Source: Squalus acanthias (lineage: Eukaryota). From it: DNA of 64,000 bases. The position numbers were made by a program, and so were the translations under genes. How positions within the stretch are numbered: position 1 is the stretch's first letter; the number at the start of each line of letters is the position of its first letter. The notes below the pieces were generated by a model. The model ran no database searches. It had not been told where the DNA came from and worked only from the letters and a program-made list of their open reading frames with translations. Shown in pieces: positions 12,880-23,782 of this stretch. Location: contig CM059432.1 in assembly GCA_030390025.1 (NCBI GenBank), forward strand, positions 97,032,001 through 97,096,000, read 5' to 3'.

Positions 12880-14830
12880 AAACTAATAGAAAAAGAAATT
12901 GTAAAGGATTTTATAAGCATATTAAAAGTAAAAGAATAATTAAAGAGAGAGTAGGATCACTCAAGAATGAAGGGGAATCTAGTTGTGGCGGATAAAGGCA
13001 GAGGCATTAAATTAATATTTTGCATCAGTTACAAATGATGGCAGAAGTAGAATGTAGGTGTACTGGAGCAGTGGATTTTGCTTCTAAGGCCCCCCTCCCA
13101 TGTTATAAAAATTCCACGGAGCCCCTGTGACACAAGTATTTTTTCTGTATAAAAATTCTCTCAGCGCCGCTCCCACTCACCATGTTACTGCTGCTGCTGC
13201 TGCTATCCCGACACTGCAGCCAATACTGATCCCTTCCATTCCCTCTTTCCCTCCACACAAGCCCCAATCACCTGATCCCCAGTTTCCCTCTTTCCCCCGC
13301 AACCCCCGATTCCCTCACCGACTGTTCCCGGCACATCAGCTGCTCCCCGTTTTCTGCTTGATTCTCAGTCAAACAGACTTTTCTCCCCCATCTCCAATAT
13401 TTGATAACTAATAAACAAAAGTGTACAATGAAAATGAAAAAAAACACAATTTTTTTTTTAAGGCCTCTATGATTTTTCTTACAAATTGCTCACAACAGTG
13501 TCCAGAGCAATGTTTTATTCCTGGCAAATCCAGGACAATCCTGGAAGATTGAAATCCGAACTACAGACCAACATTGGGTGCGAACAATGCGGTCTGCCTG
13601 TGATGCCTTCCTTGATAGAGCAAGACTGCTAACACTTAAGGTATAGGCTCGTAGGTAAAGAATGAATGAGGTTAGGCCCCAAAGGGCAGTCAGCACCCTT
13701 GTAACTACAGCGTGAGTCAACACTTTGACGACAGGAAGAGAGTAAATGGGAGTGGGGGCAATGGGGGGAAATTAGACAGTGCAGAATATTTAAATAAGTT
13801 TGCAAACTGCTTCAGTTTTGCTGGTAATAAGTGTCACTCCTAACAGTTTCCTAATGTTGACATATTCCGCTCTTCTTCTTACACGAAGACAGCGAATCAA
13901 TGTTTGACCCCAGCAGTTCCTTTCCTCCTTGCAGCTGCCGCCTATTTTGTTGCCCCTTCTCCATTTGATTGACAATCGCGACTGCGCGAATAACAAAAAT
14001 AGGACAAATCTGAAGCGGAACCGACCATTGGTTGATTTCAATAGTCTGGGATACTTGAATTGAATGGGTTACAGTTCCACTGGTGATGTATGGCAATGAG
14101 AGGATTCAGAGAGCGAGGGGTGAAAGTAGAGCAACTAGCCTGGGGGACGGGGAACAACAACCCACGCAGCGGGACATTCGGGCAAGTGTGGGGGGGGTAC
14201 GAAATGCAGAGTGGGACCTGGCGAGAGGAGAGCGGAGGATGGAGAGCTCGAGCCGGAGATCTGCGCTCAGCGAGCAGTGACCGCTGCCTCTCTCCCTTCT
14301 CAGTGAGCCGGGGCCTGGGCTCAGCGGCAGCTGCCGTCGTCCTCGCACAGATGTTCAGGAGGGAGGAAACAGAGCTTCGAGTCGGGGCCGGAGCCGCCAG
14401 TTCGATCCCACCTTTTAGCGACGGTGTATTTTTCTTTTTTTTAACGTGATTTTTTTTTAAAATCCTGGAGTTTATTTATGTTGGAGCCCTTGAAACCTTC
14501 TTGCAGACCCCTAGTTGAGAACCCCTGTACTAGAGGATAATATGGAAGAGTTGTTTTAGTTAACTGCAGGAAAGGAATTGGCACTCAAAATCTTGGCAGA
14601 ATTCAACATGGATAAGTCACTAACTAGATAACTCCAATGGCATGCACTCTGGGCAGTTGACGGAAATCAAAGAGAAAGCAGAGGCTGTGACCATGATTTT
14701 TCAGTCCGCCTTATAATTGCAAATTCAGCCAGAGTACTGGGGGTTAATCAATGAAACATCTTTTCAGGAAGGGAAAAAAATGGCCAGTCAGCTGGCAGAT
14801 GTATTTCATATGGATAAGTGTGAGGTAATA
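12880..14830 (+). mobile_element. Ancient CR1 ORF2 remnant interrupted by a hAT element
   Basis: FYKHIKSKRIIKERVGSL and LNxYFASV-like sequence lies before 13060. DKSxxxDGMH-like and WQMxFxxDKCEV-like sequence resumes after 14535. Boundaries approximate. Confidence 0.55.
13069..14527. mobile_element. Non-autonomous hAT DNA transposon
   Basis: Right end GTTGAGAACCCCTG (reverse complement CAGGGGTTCTCAAC); left end CAGTGG. 8-bp TSD TACTGGAG (13061-13068) / TACTAGAG (14528-14535), 7/8 match. Confidence 0.72.
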
Positions 14831-15358
14831 CACCTGAAAGCTAAGTAGAATTTACAATTCACGTCCATTTTAATTCTCTCCTTTAATCACAAGGCTCTTT
14901 TTTCAGTAACTTATGTTGGTTTTTCACTTTCAATTACCTTTTCCTTCTTTTGGTTTGTCTTGTAGCATTCTCACCTGTTGTAAAAAGAAAGAAAGACTTG
15001 CATTTATATAGTGCCTTTCACGACCACTGGACATCTCCAAGCCATTTACAGCCAATGAAGTACGTTTTTTGAAGTGCAGTCACTGTTGTAATGTAGGAAA
15101 CACGGCAGCCAATTTGTACACAGCAATCTCCCACAAACAGCAATGTGATAATGACCAGATAATCTGTTTTAGTGATGTTGATTGAGGGATAAATATTGGT
15201 CAGGACACCGGGATAACTCCCCTGCTCCTCTTCAAAAATAGTGCCATGGGATCTTTTACATCCACCTGAGAGAGCAGACGGGGCCTTAGGTTAACGTCTC
15301 ATCCGAAAAACGACACCTCCGAACAGTGCAGAACTCCCTCAGTACTGCACTGGAGTGT

Positions 15359-16919
15359 AGAAAGGTGACAAGTCCGATTGCGGTAATTACAGAGGAGTTT
15401 CCCTGCTGTCTGCCACAGGGAAAGTCATCGCAAGAATCTCCTCAATCGCCTTCTCCCAGTGGCCGAAGAGCTCCTCCCAGAGTCGCAATGCGGATTCCGC
15501 CCACTAAGGGGCACAATGGACATGATCTTCACCGCACGTCAATTACAAGAGAAATGCAGGGAGCAGCACCAACCACTGTACATGGCCTTCTTTGATCTCA
15601 CAAAGGCCTTCGACACTGTCAACCGTGAGGGATTATGGAGTGTCCTCCTCAAATTCGGCTGCCCTCAAAAGTTTGTCACCATCCTCCACCTGCTTCACGA
15701 CGACATGCAAGCCATGATCCTGACCAACGGTTCCACCACAGACCCAATTCACATACGGACCAGGGTCAAGCAAGGCTGTGTCATCGTACCAACGCTCTTC
15801 TCGATCTTCCTTGCTGCAATGCTCCATCTCACCATCCGTAAGCTCCCCGCTGGAGTGGAGCTATATTACAGAACAAACGGGAAACTTTTCAAGCTCTGTC
15901 GCCTCCAGTCCAGATCCAAGGTCGTCCCATCCTCTGTCGTCGAATTACAGTATGCAGATGACGCTTGCGTCTGCGCTCACTCGGAGGTCAAACTCCAAAC
16001 CATCATCAACACCTTCACCGAAGCGTACGAGAGCATGGGCCTTACACTAAACATCCGTAAGACAAAGGTCCTCTACCAACCTGCCTTCACCACACAGTAC
16101 TGCCCCCCGATTATCAAAATCCACGACAAGGCCTTGGAAAACGTGGACCACTTTCCATACTCGGGAGCCTACTGTCAACAAGGGTAGATGTCGATGACGA
16201 AGTCCAACACCGCCTTCAGTGTGCCAGTGCAGCCTTCGGTCGCCTGAGGAAGAGAGTGTTTGAAGTCCAGGACCTCAAACCCGGCACTAAGCTCATGGTC
16301 TACAGAGTAGCAGTGATACCCGCCCTGCTGTATGCCTCAGAGACATGGACCATGTACAGCAGGTACCTCAAAGCACTGGAGAGGTACCACCAATGCTGCC
16401 TCCACAAGAGCCTGCAAATCCATTGGCAGGATAGGTGCACCAACGTCAGTGTTCTCGCTCAGGCCAACATCCCCAGCATCGAAGCTTTGACCACGCTCGA
16501 TCAGCTCCGATGGACAGGTCACATTGTCCGCATGCCCGATACGAGACTCCCAAAACAAGCGCTCTACTCGGAGCTCCGACACAGCAAGAGAGCCCCAGGT
16601 GGGCAGAGGAAACACTTCAAGGACACCCTCAAAGCCTCCTTGAAAAAGTGCAACATCCCCACTGACACCTGGGAATCCCTGGCCCAAGACCGCACAAACA
16701 CCTCGAGTCTCTTCGCCGGGAGCAAGCGGAAGCCAAGGGCAGGCAGTGCAAGGAGCGCACGTCAACCCAAGCACTCCACCCACCCGCCCCTTCAACCACT
16801 GTCTGCCCCACCTGTGACAGAGACTGTAGGTCCCACATTGGACTCATCAGTCACCTGAGAACTCATTTTTAATGTGAAGCAAGTCATCCTCGGTTCCGAG
16901 GGACTGCCTAAGAGAAGAG
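15359..16919 (+). mobile_element. 5'-truncated RTE-clade LINE
   Basis: LPESQCGFRP, FFDLTKAFDTVNR, VKQGC, QYADD, LLYASETWT and RLPKQALYSEL motifs. 3' hairpin CCTCGGTTCCGAGG and AAGAG tail. 26-bp TSD ACTCCCTCAGTACTGCACTGGAGTGT (15333-15358, 16920-16945). Confidence 0.93.
15459..16858 (+). pseudogene. RTE reverse transcriptase (frameshifted)
   Basis: ORFs 15459-16187 and 16256-16858 encode consecutive parts of RT and the C-terminal region. Confidence 0.88.
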
Positions 16920-17084
16920 ACTCCCTCAGTACTGCACTGGAGTGTCAGGCTAGAATTTTGTGCTCAAGTCCCTGGAGTGAGACTTAGAACCCACAACCTC
17001 CAACTCAGAGGCAAGGGTGCTACCAACTGAGCCACGGCTGACAGACACAGCTGGAGATTTAAGCCCCACTCGAGGTCTAACAAT

Positions 17085-17395
17085 CTAGCGCAGTACTAAG
17101 AGACACTTTTAAAGGTGCTGTCCTTCAGATGAGATATTAAACTCTGACACCATCTGCCTGTTCTGGTGTTCTACGTGGATGTTAAAAGAAAAGCAGGAGT
17201 GGTCCCCTCCCTCAGTGAACTTCACCAAACAGATTAACTGGTTATTCACCTTGTAGCTTTTTATAGGGTCTTAAATGCACAAAATGGTTATTGCATTTTC
17301 TCGTATAATGGTCAGTCTACTCCAAAGTAATTCATTTTATTCTGCACTCAGAAATGTGATAAGGCACTATAAAAATGTGTTTTTTCTTTCTTTCG
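17085..17395 (+). mobile_element. Older, degraded Deu-type SINE
   Basis: GGTGCTGTCCTTCAGATGAGATATTAAAC ... CAGATTAACTGGTTATTC ... TTTCTTTCTTTC resembles the SINE consensus in sense orientation. Confidence 0.55.
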
Positions 17396-18638
17396 CAGCA
17401 CTTCTGACATTGAGCACTCTTGAATTGTTGGGTACTTAATAATCCAGCGTGGAATGTCAAAGGGAAAACAATTAGATTTAATATGATTGAAAATAACTTT
17501 ACATTCATCAACTCACTACTAGGTTACAAACTCTGTCTTGCAGATTGGCCCATGTCTCTGATTCTAGCCAGTTGCTTGATTGCAGCATTGCTACAATATT
17601 TACTGACGTTAAAGGAACGTCTCTAAATTCCTATTTACAGCCTGATACATCATTACACTACAAAGAAGGATCTGATTTCGTCCAATGAGGGAGGAAATCA
17701 AATTCAAAGGACAAGCTAACCCAGATCAATCTTGCTTGCCTACAATTAGCTAATTATTGGTAGATTAGTATTGTCAGAGCTTGAAATTGTCTGTGACAGG
17801 ATTGGAGTCTAAAGAGGGAGAAGACAATAAAGATACAATGAGGGAAATATAGACAATTGTGTTTTGTTGGCCATACAACCTTGCCCATTCACATATAGTT
17901 TCAAATGTAAGGTAATGCCAGCAATATAATACCAAATGTAAGTGCCAGAGTTTTACAGACAATTTACTGTATGTAAGCACGGGAGCAGTTATACTAGCAC
18001 AATACAGAGATCAATTTTCAGGAAACAACTTATATACTTTTTGTACAACTGCAATTTGATCTGACATGCTGTCGTTTTACAATTCAGAATTGGCTTCAGA
18101 GAGCAAAAAATTCAGACAATCAAAGCCAAAGTTGAGGCCTGAATGAAACCTCAATATTTATTGTACCTTTCGAATGAAATACTGAATGTGATTGTCTAAA
18201 AAGTAGTCACATGTAAGAAAATAGGCTTCAGTATTGCCCATCACGTGATGTCAGCAGGCAATAATCTTGAATGAGCCACAACACTAGCCAATTGAACAAA
18301 GTCCATTAACTGCTGACAGCACAAAGCACTGCCTATAGTCCTCCCAGAACAGATGAAAAATGTAATTTTTCTTTGTAAATGCAGCCCAAGGGTATAATAC
18401 AACAAATAAAGAGAGCAGTTTTGGGCTATAAACTATTACAACATTGGTTACAGAAGTAACCTTGCATGTGCAGTCAGAGCTGCAGTGAAAATGGAATAAG
18501 TTAACAACCGTCCTGTTGTCTTCTAATTAAATGAGAATAAAACTGGAGATGGTCAATCCAAAACCTTCACCAAATCAAATGAATGGGAGTTCAGAAAAAC
18601 GTTTATTTTTAGTATATTTCTTTTTCATGTAATATATT

Positions 18639-20347
18639 TGTAAAGTTTCGCAATTATCGCGATTCAAAATAACAAGATAGAAGCAGATTCGTTTAATCAG
18701 TTTATTTAAACAAAATGCTGTCATGATTAAAAAGGACACAGAAGCCTGTAAAATGGCCGCCGCGCATCGTGGCAGAAGCTTCCAGAAGTACAGTGGGCAG
18801 ACAAGATGGCATTCGAATACACATTTCAATATAAGACGGGATCATACTCGATAAGCACTGATAAAGACAGGATGCAACCTGTTTGCATTTGTGACAATAG
18901 CAAAAGATATGAGTGCTGGAATCGTTTTCCATGCACAAGTAAGGACCATTATACTGGGCAATCGAAGGCCCATCCAGACACATCAATACACAGATACGCC
19001 CACGGCTCTACAATGAGAGAGCCATTCTCGGGTGATTAAACAAGTATTCGGGGGCCCCCAAAACCAGTCAGGGAGACGATTCATACGATCCTGGCTGGGC
19101 CAACAATGGGGAAAACATTAACGGGTAGTTGGCCAGTCTCAGGTGCTACCGAAACCCGTTAAAGACAAGAATCACCCCATGCTGGAAGTTTTGAGCGCCA
19201 ATATTTCACAAAGGACAAACATTAAGATTTGGGCGGGAGATAAGGGAACACAGCACTATAACTATAGACAACAAATGTCCATCGCTCTCTTATTCTCTTA
19301 TCTCGCTGCTGACTGCGGAGGGTTTTATTCTTTTATTCGCTTGCCGCTTCATGAACTCGCTTGACTGGTGAGCTTCTGTGCTTTTCCTGGACTTTGTTGA
19401 CTCTTAGCCGTACTGGTCGGTTATTCGAATGTTGGGTGGAGCTCAATTAGAACGAGTCGCCTCGACGAAGGCCAGTGACCGGGTGCACCATCCCGAGAGT
19501 CGGTAAACGGTGTTTGGACCCGAAGGCCCAACAAGACAAGACGAAATGACAAGGGAAGAAGAAGAATCCACGTGCCGCCACGGTCAGTAAACCCCGACCG
19601 CGCCCGAAAATATACGACCCATTTCTTGAACTCTACAGGTTACTGCACGAACCGGTCAAAGACTCTTCTTTGAATTCTACTGACAACTGGTGTCGGTACA
19701 GGAAGACTTTTCTTTGAATTCTACAGCCGGGCCCGAGTGCTGTCGAGTTCTTCATGACAACGGGGAGCCCAGCCTGCTTGCCGCAGCAGTGAAGATAAAC
19801 AAGTGGGGTACAGAGACCCCTCCAAACACGTGACAGTCAGGCGCTGCAGCGAAACGAGCCGAGTGCCTCACTTAAAAATTCTCCGAAGTATCACGAGTGG
19901 TGAGCATGTTTCCCGATCCTACAAATCTAGATGCAGTGTAGGTATTGATAAGGGAGGGTGGTTTTATTAAGGATAAAGTATAATGTGTTCCCCTTTTTAC
20001 GATGTGCCGTGCGTTCTTCATTACCATAGACCAAGCTTTATGAATGTATGTATACTTGTACTCTCGTTAATTTGCGCCTATGACATGTACTTCATGATTT
20101 TGGACGCTATGCAATAAAGATTTCCATTTCGTACTATTCAACCGGGTCTATTTGAGTTTTTCTCTGCATTACTGCTCTCGCACCTAAGTCCAGTGTTAGA
20201 ACCGTAAGGGCGAGTGGGTCGAACCACTCACAGGTGCTTATTGCAACAAGGCTGGCCGGAGACCAGAGCAAGCAATAGTATTAGGCAACGAAGGCCTAAC
20301 CCCGCACCAGCACCGTCTGCGATACAAGCACATCAAAACCCCTTACA
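18639..20347 (+). mobile_element. Solo LTR, ~1.7 kb, related to 475-1935
   Basis: TGTAA...TTACA termini with an exact TSD TATT (18635-18638, 20348-20351). AATAAA at 20113. Shares 3' motifs with the first LTR (GGTGAGCAT, AATAAAGAT, AAGTCCA....TAGAACC, CCCCT-ACA end). Confidence 0.8.
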
Positions 20348-20493
20348 TATTAAGGGCTAGAAATTCATTATAGCCCAGGAATGGGCGGTATCATTAGAAA
20401 AGTTGGAAATTTAGCACCAGGCACTGATGCTTTAGACTGCACGCAAAATTCGTGCTCACTGCTCAAGGTCTTAAAGCCCAAGCTCATTGGCGT

Positions 20494-20633
20494 TACACTC
20501 AAAGGGTGGACCAATATTAGGTGCAGTCTAATGGCAAGTCATGATTGCTACAGGCTCTTTTTAGTTCTTAAAGGGGAGGTTCATTGATGCTACAGCACCT
20601 CATTCTCAGCATTGCTGGCTGTGCAGCTGCCTC
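20494..20633 (+). repeat. 140-bp direct repeat, copy 1 (duplicated Tx1 target)
   Basis: TACACTCAAAGGGTGGACCAAT...GCAGCTGCCTC, near-identical to 27747-27886 and 34991-35130. Confidence 0.97.
20511..20607 (+). promoter_or_regulatory. Putative Pol II core promoter inside the 140-bp repeat
   Basis: CCAAT at 20511, TTCTTAAAGGGGAGG (TATA-like) at 20565-20579 and Inr-like TCATTCT at 20600-20606. The same 15-mer precedes a Myb-like ATG in the MITE (61186-61200). Function is inferred. Confidence 0.45.
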
Positions 20634-21608
20634 AGCCAGGAGAAGGAGAAGAAGGAGAGTGAGGAGCAGAGTGGTGGTCTCTGTGACTAGGGAGAGGAGG
20701 AGGAACAAGACTGCAGACCACCACTACAACCAACAACAACAACAACTGAGGTGCCTGGAGAGAGAGGACAGGAGAGGAGAGAAAGGAAGGCCAAGGCCAT
20801 CAACACCAGAGGAGAAGCCTTTCCACACTGCCTCCTCAATTGGCCTCCATTTTAGGAGAGGGAGAGAGGGGAGAAAACATCACAACATCATCTGTTTGGA
20901 AGGAGGAAGAAGGAAAGAACAGCTACAGGTGGGTGTTATTCTGGTGCACTCTCCCAGAGACTTTGTTTTGTAGGTGGGGGGAGGAAAGAAAAAAAGAAGA
21001 GGGCCGGAACATCAAGGTGTGTGTGTGTGTGTGTGTGTGTGGCTTTTGTAAAAATTAGGCCACACACACCACTAATAAGCACACCCTTCCCATTGCCTGA
21101 CCTGGGACAGCTGGAGCTGCCGAGGTGAAGTCCCCAATTCAAGTACATCTGATTGGGCATCGTTAAGACCTGGTGCAGGACTGAGCCTGGGCATCTCCAG
21201 CTTCCCAGGTGAAGACATCTTTTCCCCCCACCAGAAGACCACCAGCAAAGACTTTATTTACATCGGAGAGTGCACCCCCTGCCAACACCCACCCACCCAC
21301 CATCCTGAGTGGCGACCCTGCCCTTGCGGCTTCCCTCCTTCCCACCCCCTCTCTCTCTCTCTTTGTCTCTTGTCTCTCTCTGCCTCTCTCTCTATCAGAG
21401 AGGCACCTCAGTTTAACTTTTATTATTAACTACCCATTGAGCAGAGGGGAGAAGGCCCCTCTCCTAATTAATTCAAATAAAGGGAGAGGTGTGCCTTCAA
21501 TTTAAACAACTCCCTCTGCTCAGGGGGAAAAAAAACAAAACCCAAGGCCATTAACACCTTCAGGCCTGTGACTTGGGGTGAGTGTAGCCCTTTAAAAACC
21601 AACCCATC

Positions 21609-23761
21609 ATGGCGACCACATCTTCGGTGGCGGGGACAGCGAGGACATACGCAAGCGTGGCAGCCGCGGCCACGGCCGCAGCCACGGGTCCTCCTGTTAC
21701 CCCGTCACCTTTTACACTCCTGACGAGGAAGAATGGGGTCAAGAGCTACACTCACCGCAACATGACGATAGAGGCATGCATTAAAGCCATGGCTGGGGTT
21801 GTCAGCCCTTCAGCCATCGTTGCCGCCTCTAAGATGTACGGCAAGGCTGTGTTCTTCCTGGGGTCGGAGCGGGCGGTGACCCTGGCCATTGAAAAGGGGC
21901 TCACCGTGGGCGGGACCTTCCTGCCGGTGGACCCCCTTGAGGCCACCGCGCAGAGAATCGTTATCTCTAATGTCCCGCCCTTTGTTCCGGGTGAGCTCCT
22001 CCTCCCCCACCTACGTCAACTGGGGGGAGGTGAGGTCGGGGATCACACCCATCCCGCTCGGCTTCCGGGAGGCCAGCCTCCGGCACGTCTTCTCCTTTTG
22101 GCGCCAGCTTTTCGTCCGGCTGGCGCGGGAGGAGGACACGGATGGCGCATTCACGGTGCTCCACGAGGGGACCGCCCATCGCGTCTTCTGGACCTCGGAC
22201 GGCGTGCGGTGCTACGCCTGTAAGGAGGTGGGGCACGTCCAGAAAAACTGCCCCGCCTCCAGGGCCGCCACGACACCTAATGCGGCCAGGGCTGGCGCCG
22301 CCGCCCCTTTTCCCCCGATACTGTCCGCGCGTTGAAATCCACAGATGCGCGGTCGACGTCGGGGGCCAGCACCATCACGGCCTCCGGCGGGGGGGAGGGA
22401 GAGCGTCCGAGGGGAAGGAAGGCGCTGAAAAAGACTAAACACCTCAAGGCGGGTCCCCTCGTGGAGGAAACTGAGCTACCCGAACTCACGCCCGCGCTCC
22501 TCGCGGAGTTGACAGGGACGCCTGAGGCTGGGGAGGGCCTCGTGCCCGGGCCCTTGACCGCAACTGCCGAGGCAGAGAAATCAAGACCTGTGGCCGGGCT
22601 CGGGCCCGAGGGGCCCAAGAAACCCAGTCATCGGGAGGGGATGGAGAGGGAGGCCCCAGCAGACATGGAGGCCTCCCCCTCTCTGGGCCCCAATACCTTA
22701 AAAAGGAGGCACGACTCCCAGGAGGAGGACAGCGAGGAGGAAGGTCGCTCTGCAGAAGGGGAGTCGTCGCCCGCCCCGGGTGCTGCGTCCCACCCTGCCA
22801 CCGTCACAATCGCGATCGATCGGCAGGGGTCTCCTGTCCCTCGGGAGGGTGAGACAGACGAGTCTGTCCGGCCTGTGCCTCCCGGGGATGGGGAAGAGAG
22901 CCTGCCCGTGGGGGGGGGCCGCGGAACAACCCGCGGAAATTAATAATCAAACACCGGAACCGTTGCTCCTCGCCGGGTCGGGCGTCCTGGGGACTGGGGC
23001 GGGCGAGGCCAAAGAGGCTGAGGCTGAGCCCGCCCAATGTGACCCAGATATATCCCAGGGACTACTCGACCTGGTCGAGGAGTGTAACCAGAATCCCCAG
23101 TCCGCTGGGTCGGAGGTTGGTGGCGGGGAGACAGAAGGCCCCCTGACTCCGTCTCTGACGTTGGCGCCGGACGTGCTGGAGGAACTGGGAATTGTTTTCT
23201 CCCCGGTTTCTCCGGTCGCCCCGGTGCCTGAGGCAGAGGGGGGCCCCGAACCGCCGCCGCCTCCCGGCCCGGCGCCCCTGAAGGAGCCCAGGGAGGACTC
23301 CTCTGCCACCGATCCTGGGGGTGGGATCGTGATAGAGGCGGGGCCGGCCGATGCGGCCGAGCCGTTCGCTGCACCCCGTGCGACGGACGGGTCGGCCGCC
23401 GGTGACGACCTCCCGGAGGAGGACGGGGACTGGGTGTTGGGCACCGAGGATGATGTGGACTCCATCGGCAGCGAGACGGTGGATGCCCTCGTGCCCCTCA
23501 CCGAAGCTCCCCTCACACCCGTAGGGGAACTCCGAGAGTTTATGGCCACGTGCCGGGGTCGTCATAATAAGATCCGGCTGGCCCTCGACAGGTGGTCGGA
23601 GCTGGCGCTGCTCGTCGGGTCCGTCCGCGCCGCCGTAAAAATCATGGGCGCGGACAAGGACGTAAGCCAGCTCTAGCTGCGTCGGCTCAGGACGTTCCTC
23701 AATGGGCTGCTGAGGGAGTGGCGGTCGTCAGTGACTGCGCTCCCTCCCCCCCGTTAGGTAG
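21609..23761 (+). pseudogene. Tx1 ORF1 (zinc-knuckle RNA-binding protein), disrupted
   Basis: MATTSS...RTYASV, ISNVPPF and CYACKEVGHVQKNC. Split into several ORFs by homopolymer frameshifts and stops; colinear with the intact ORF1 of copy B. Confidence 0.9.
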
Positions 23762-23782
23762 AGGTTGCACTATGCTTCCGAC

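Larger units (their letters stand above)
14983..17043 (-). mobile_element. Deu-type tRNA SINE split by an RTE insertion
   Basis: The 3' part (14983-15358) and the 5' head (16920-17043, with A/B boxes) rejoin into a copy of the 12083-12547 SINE. Confidence 0.85.

Noticed and set aside
20584..20973. Arg-rich ORF (and its counterpart at 27837-28334) as an extra Tx1 gene
   Set aside because: Low-complexity purine-rich UTR; the two copies diverge in frame towards the C-terminus.
21097..21214. Canonical hammerhead ribozyme in the Tx1 5' UTR
   Set aside because: CTGA is not followed by NGA, and GAAG replaces GAAA. Kept only as an unclassified structure.
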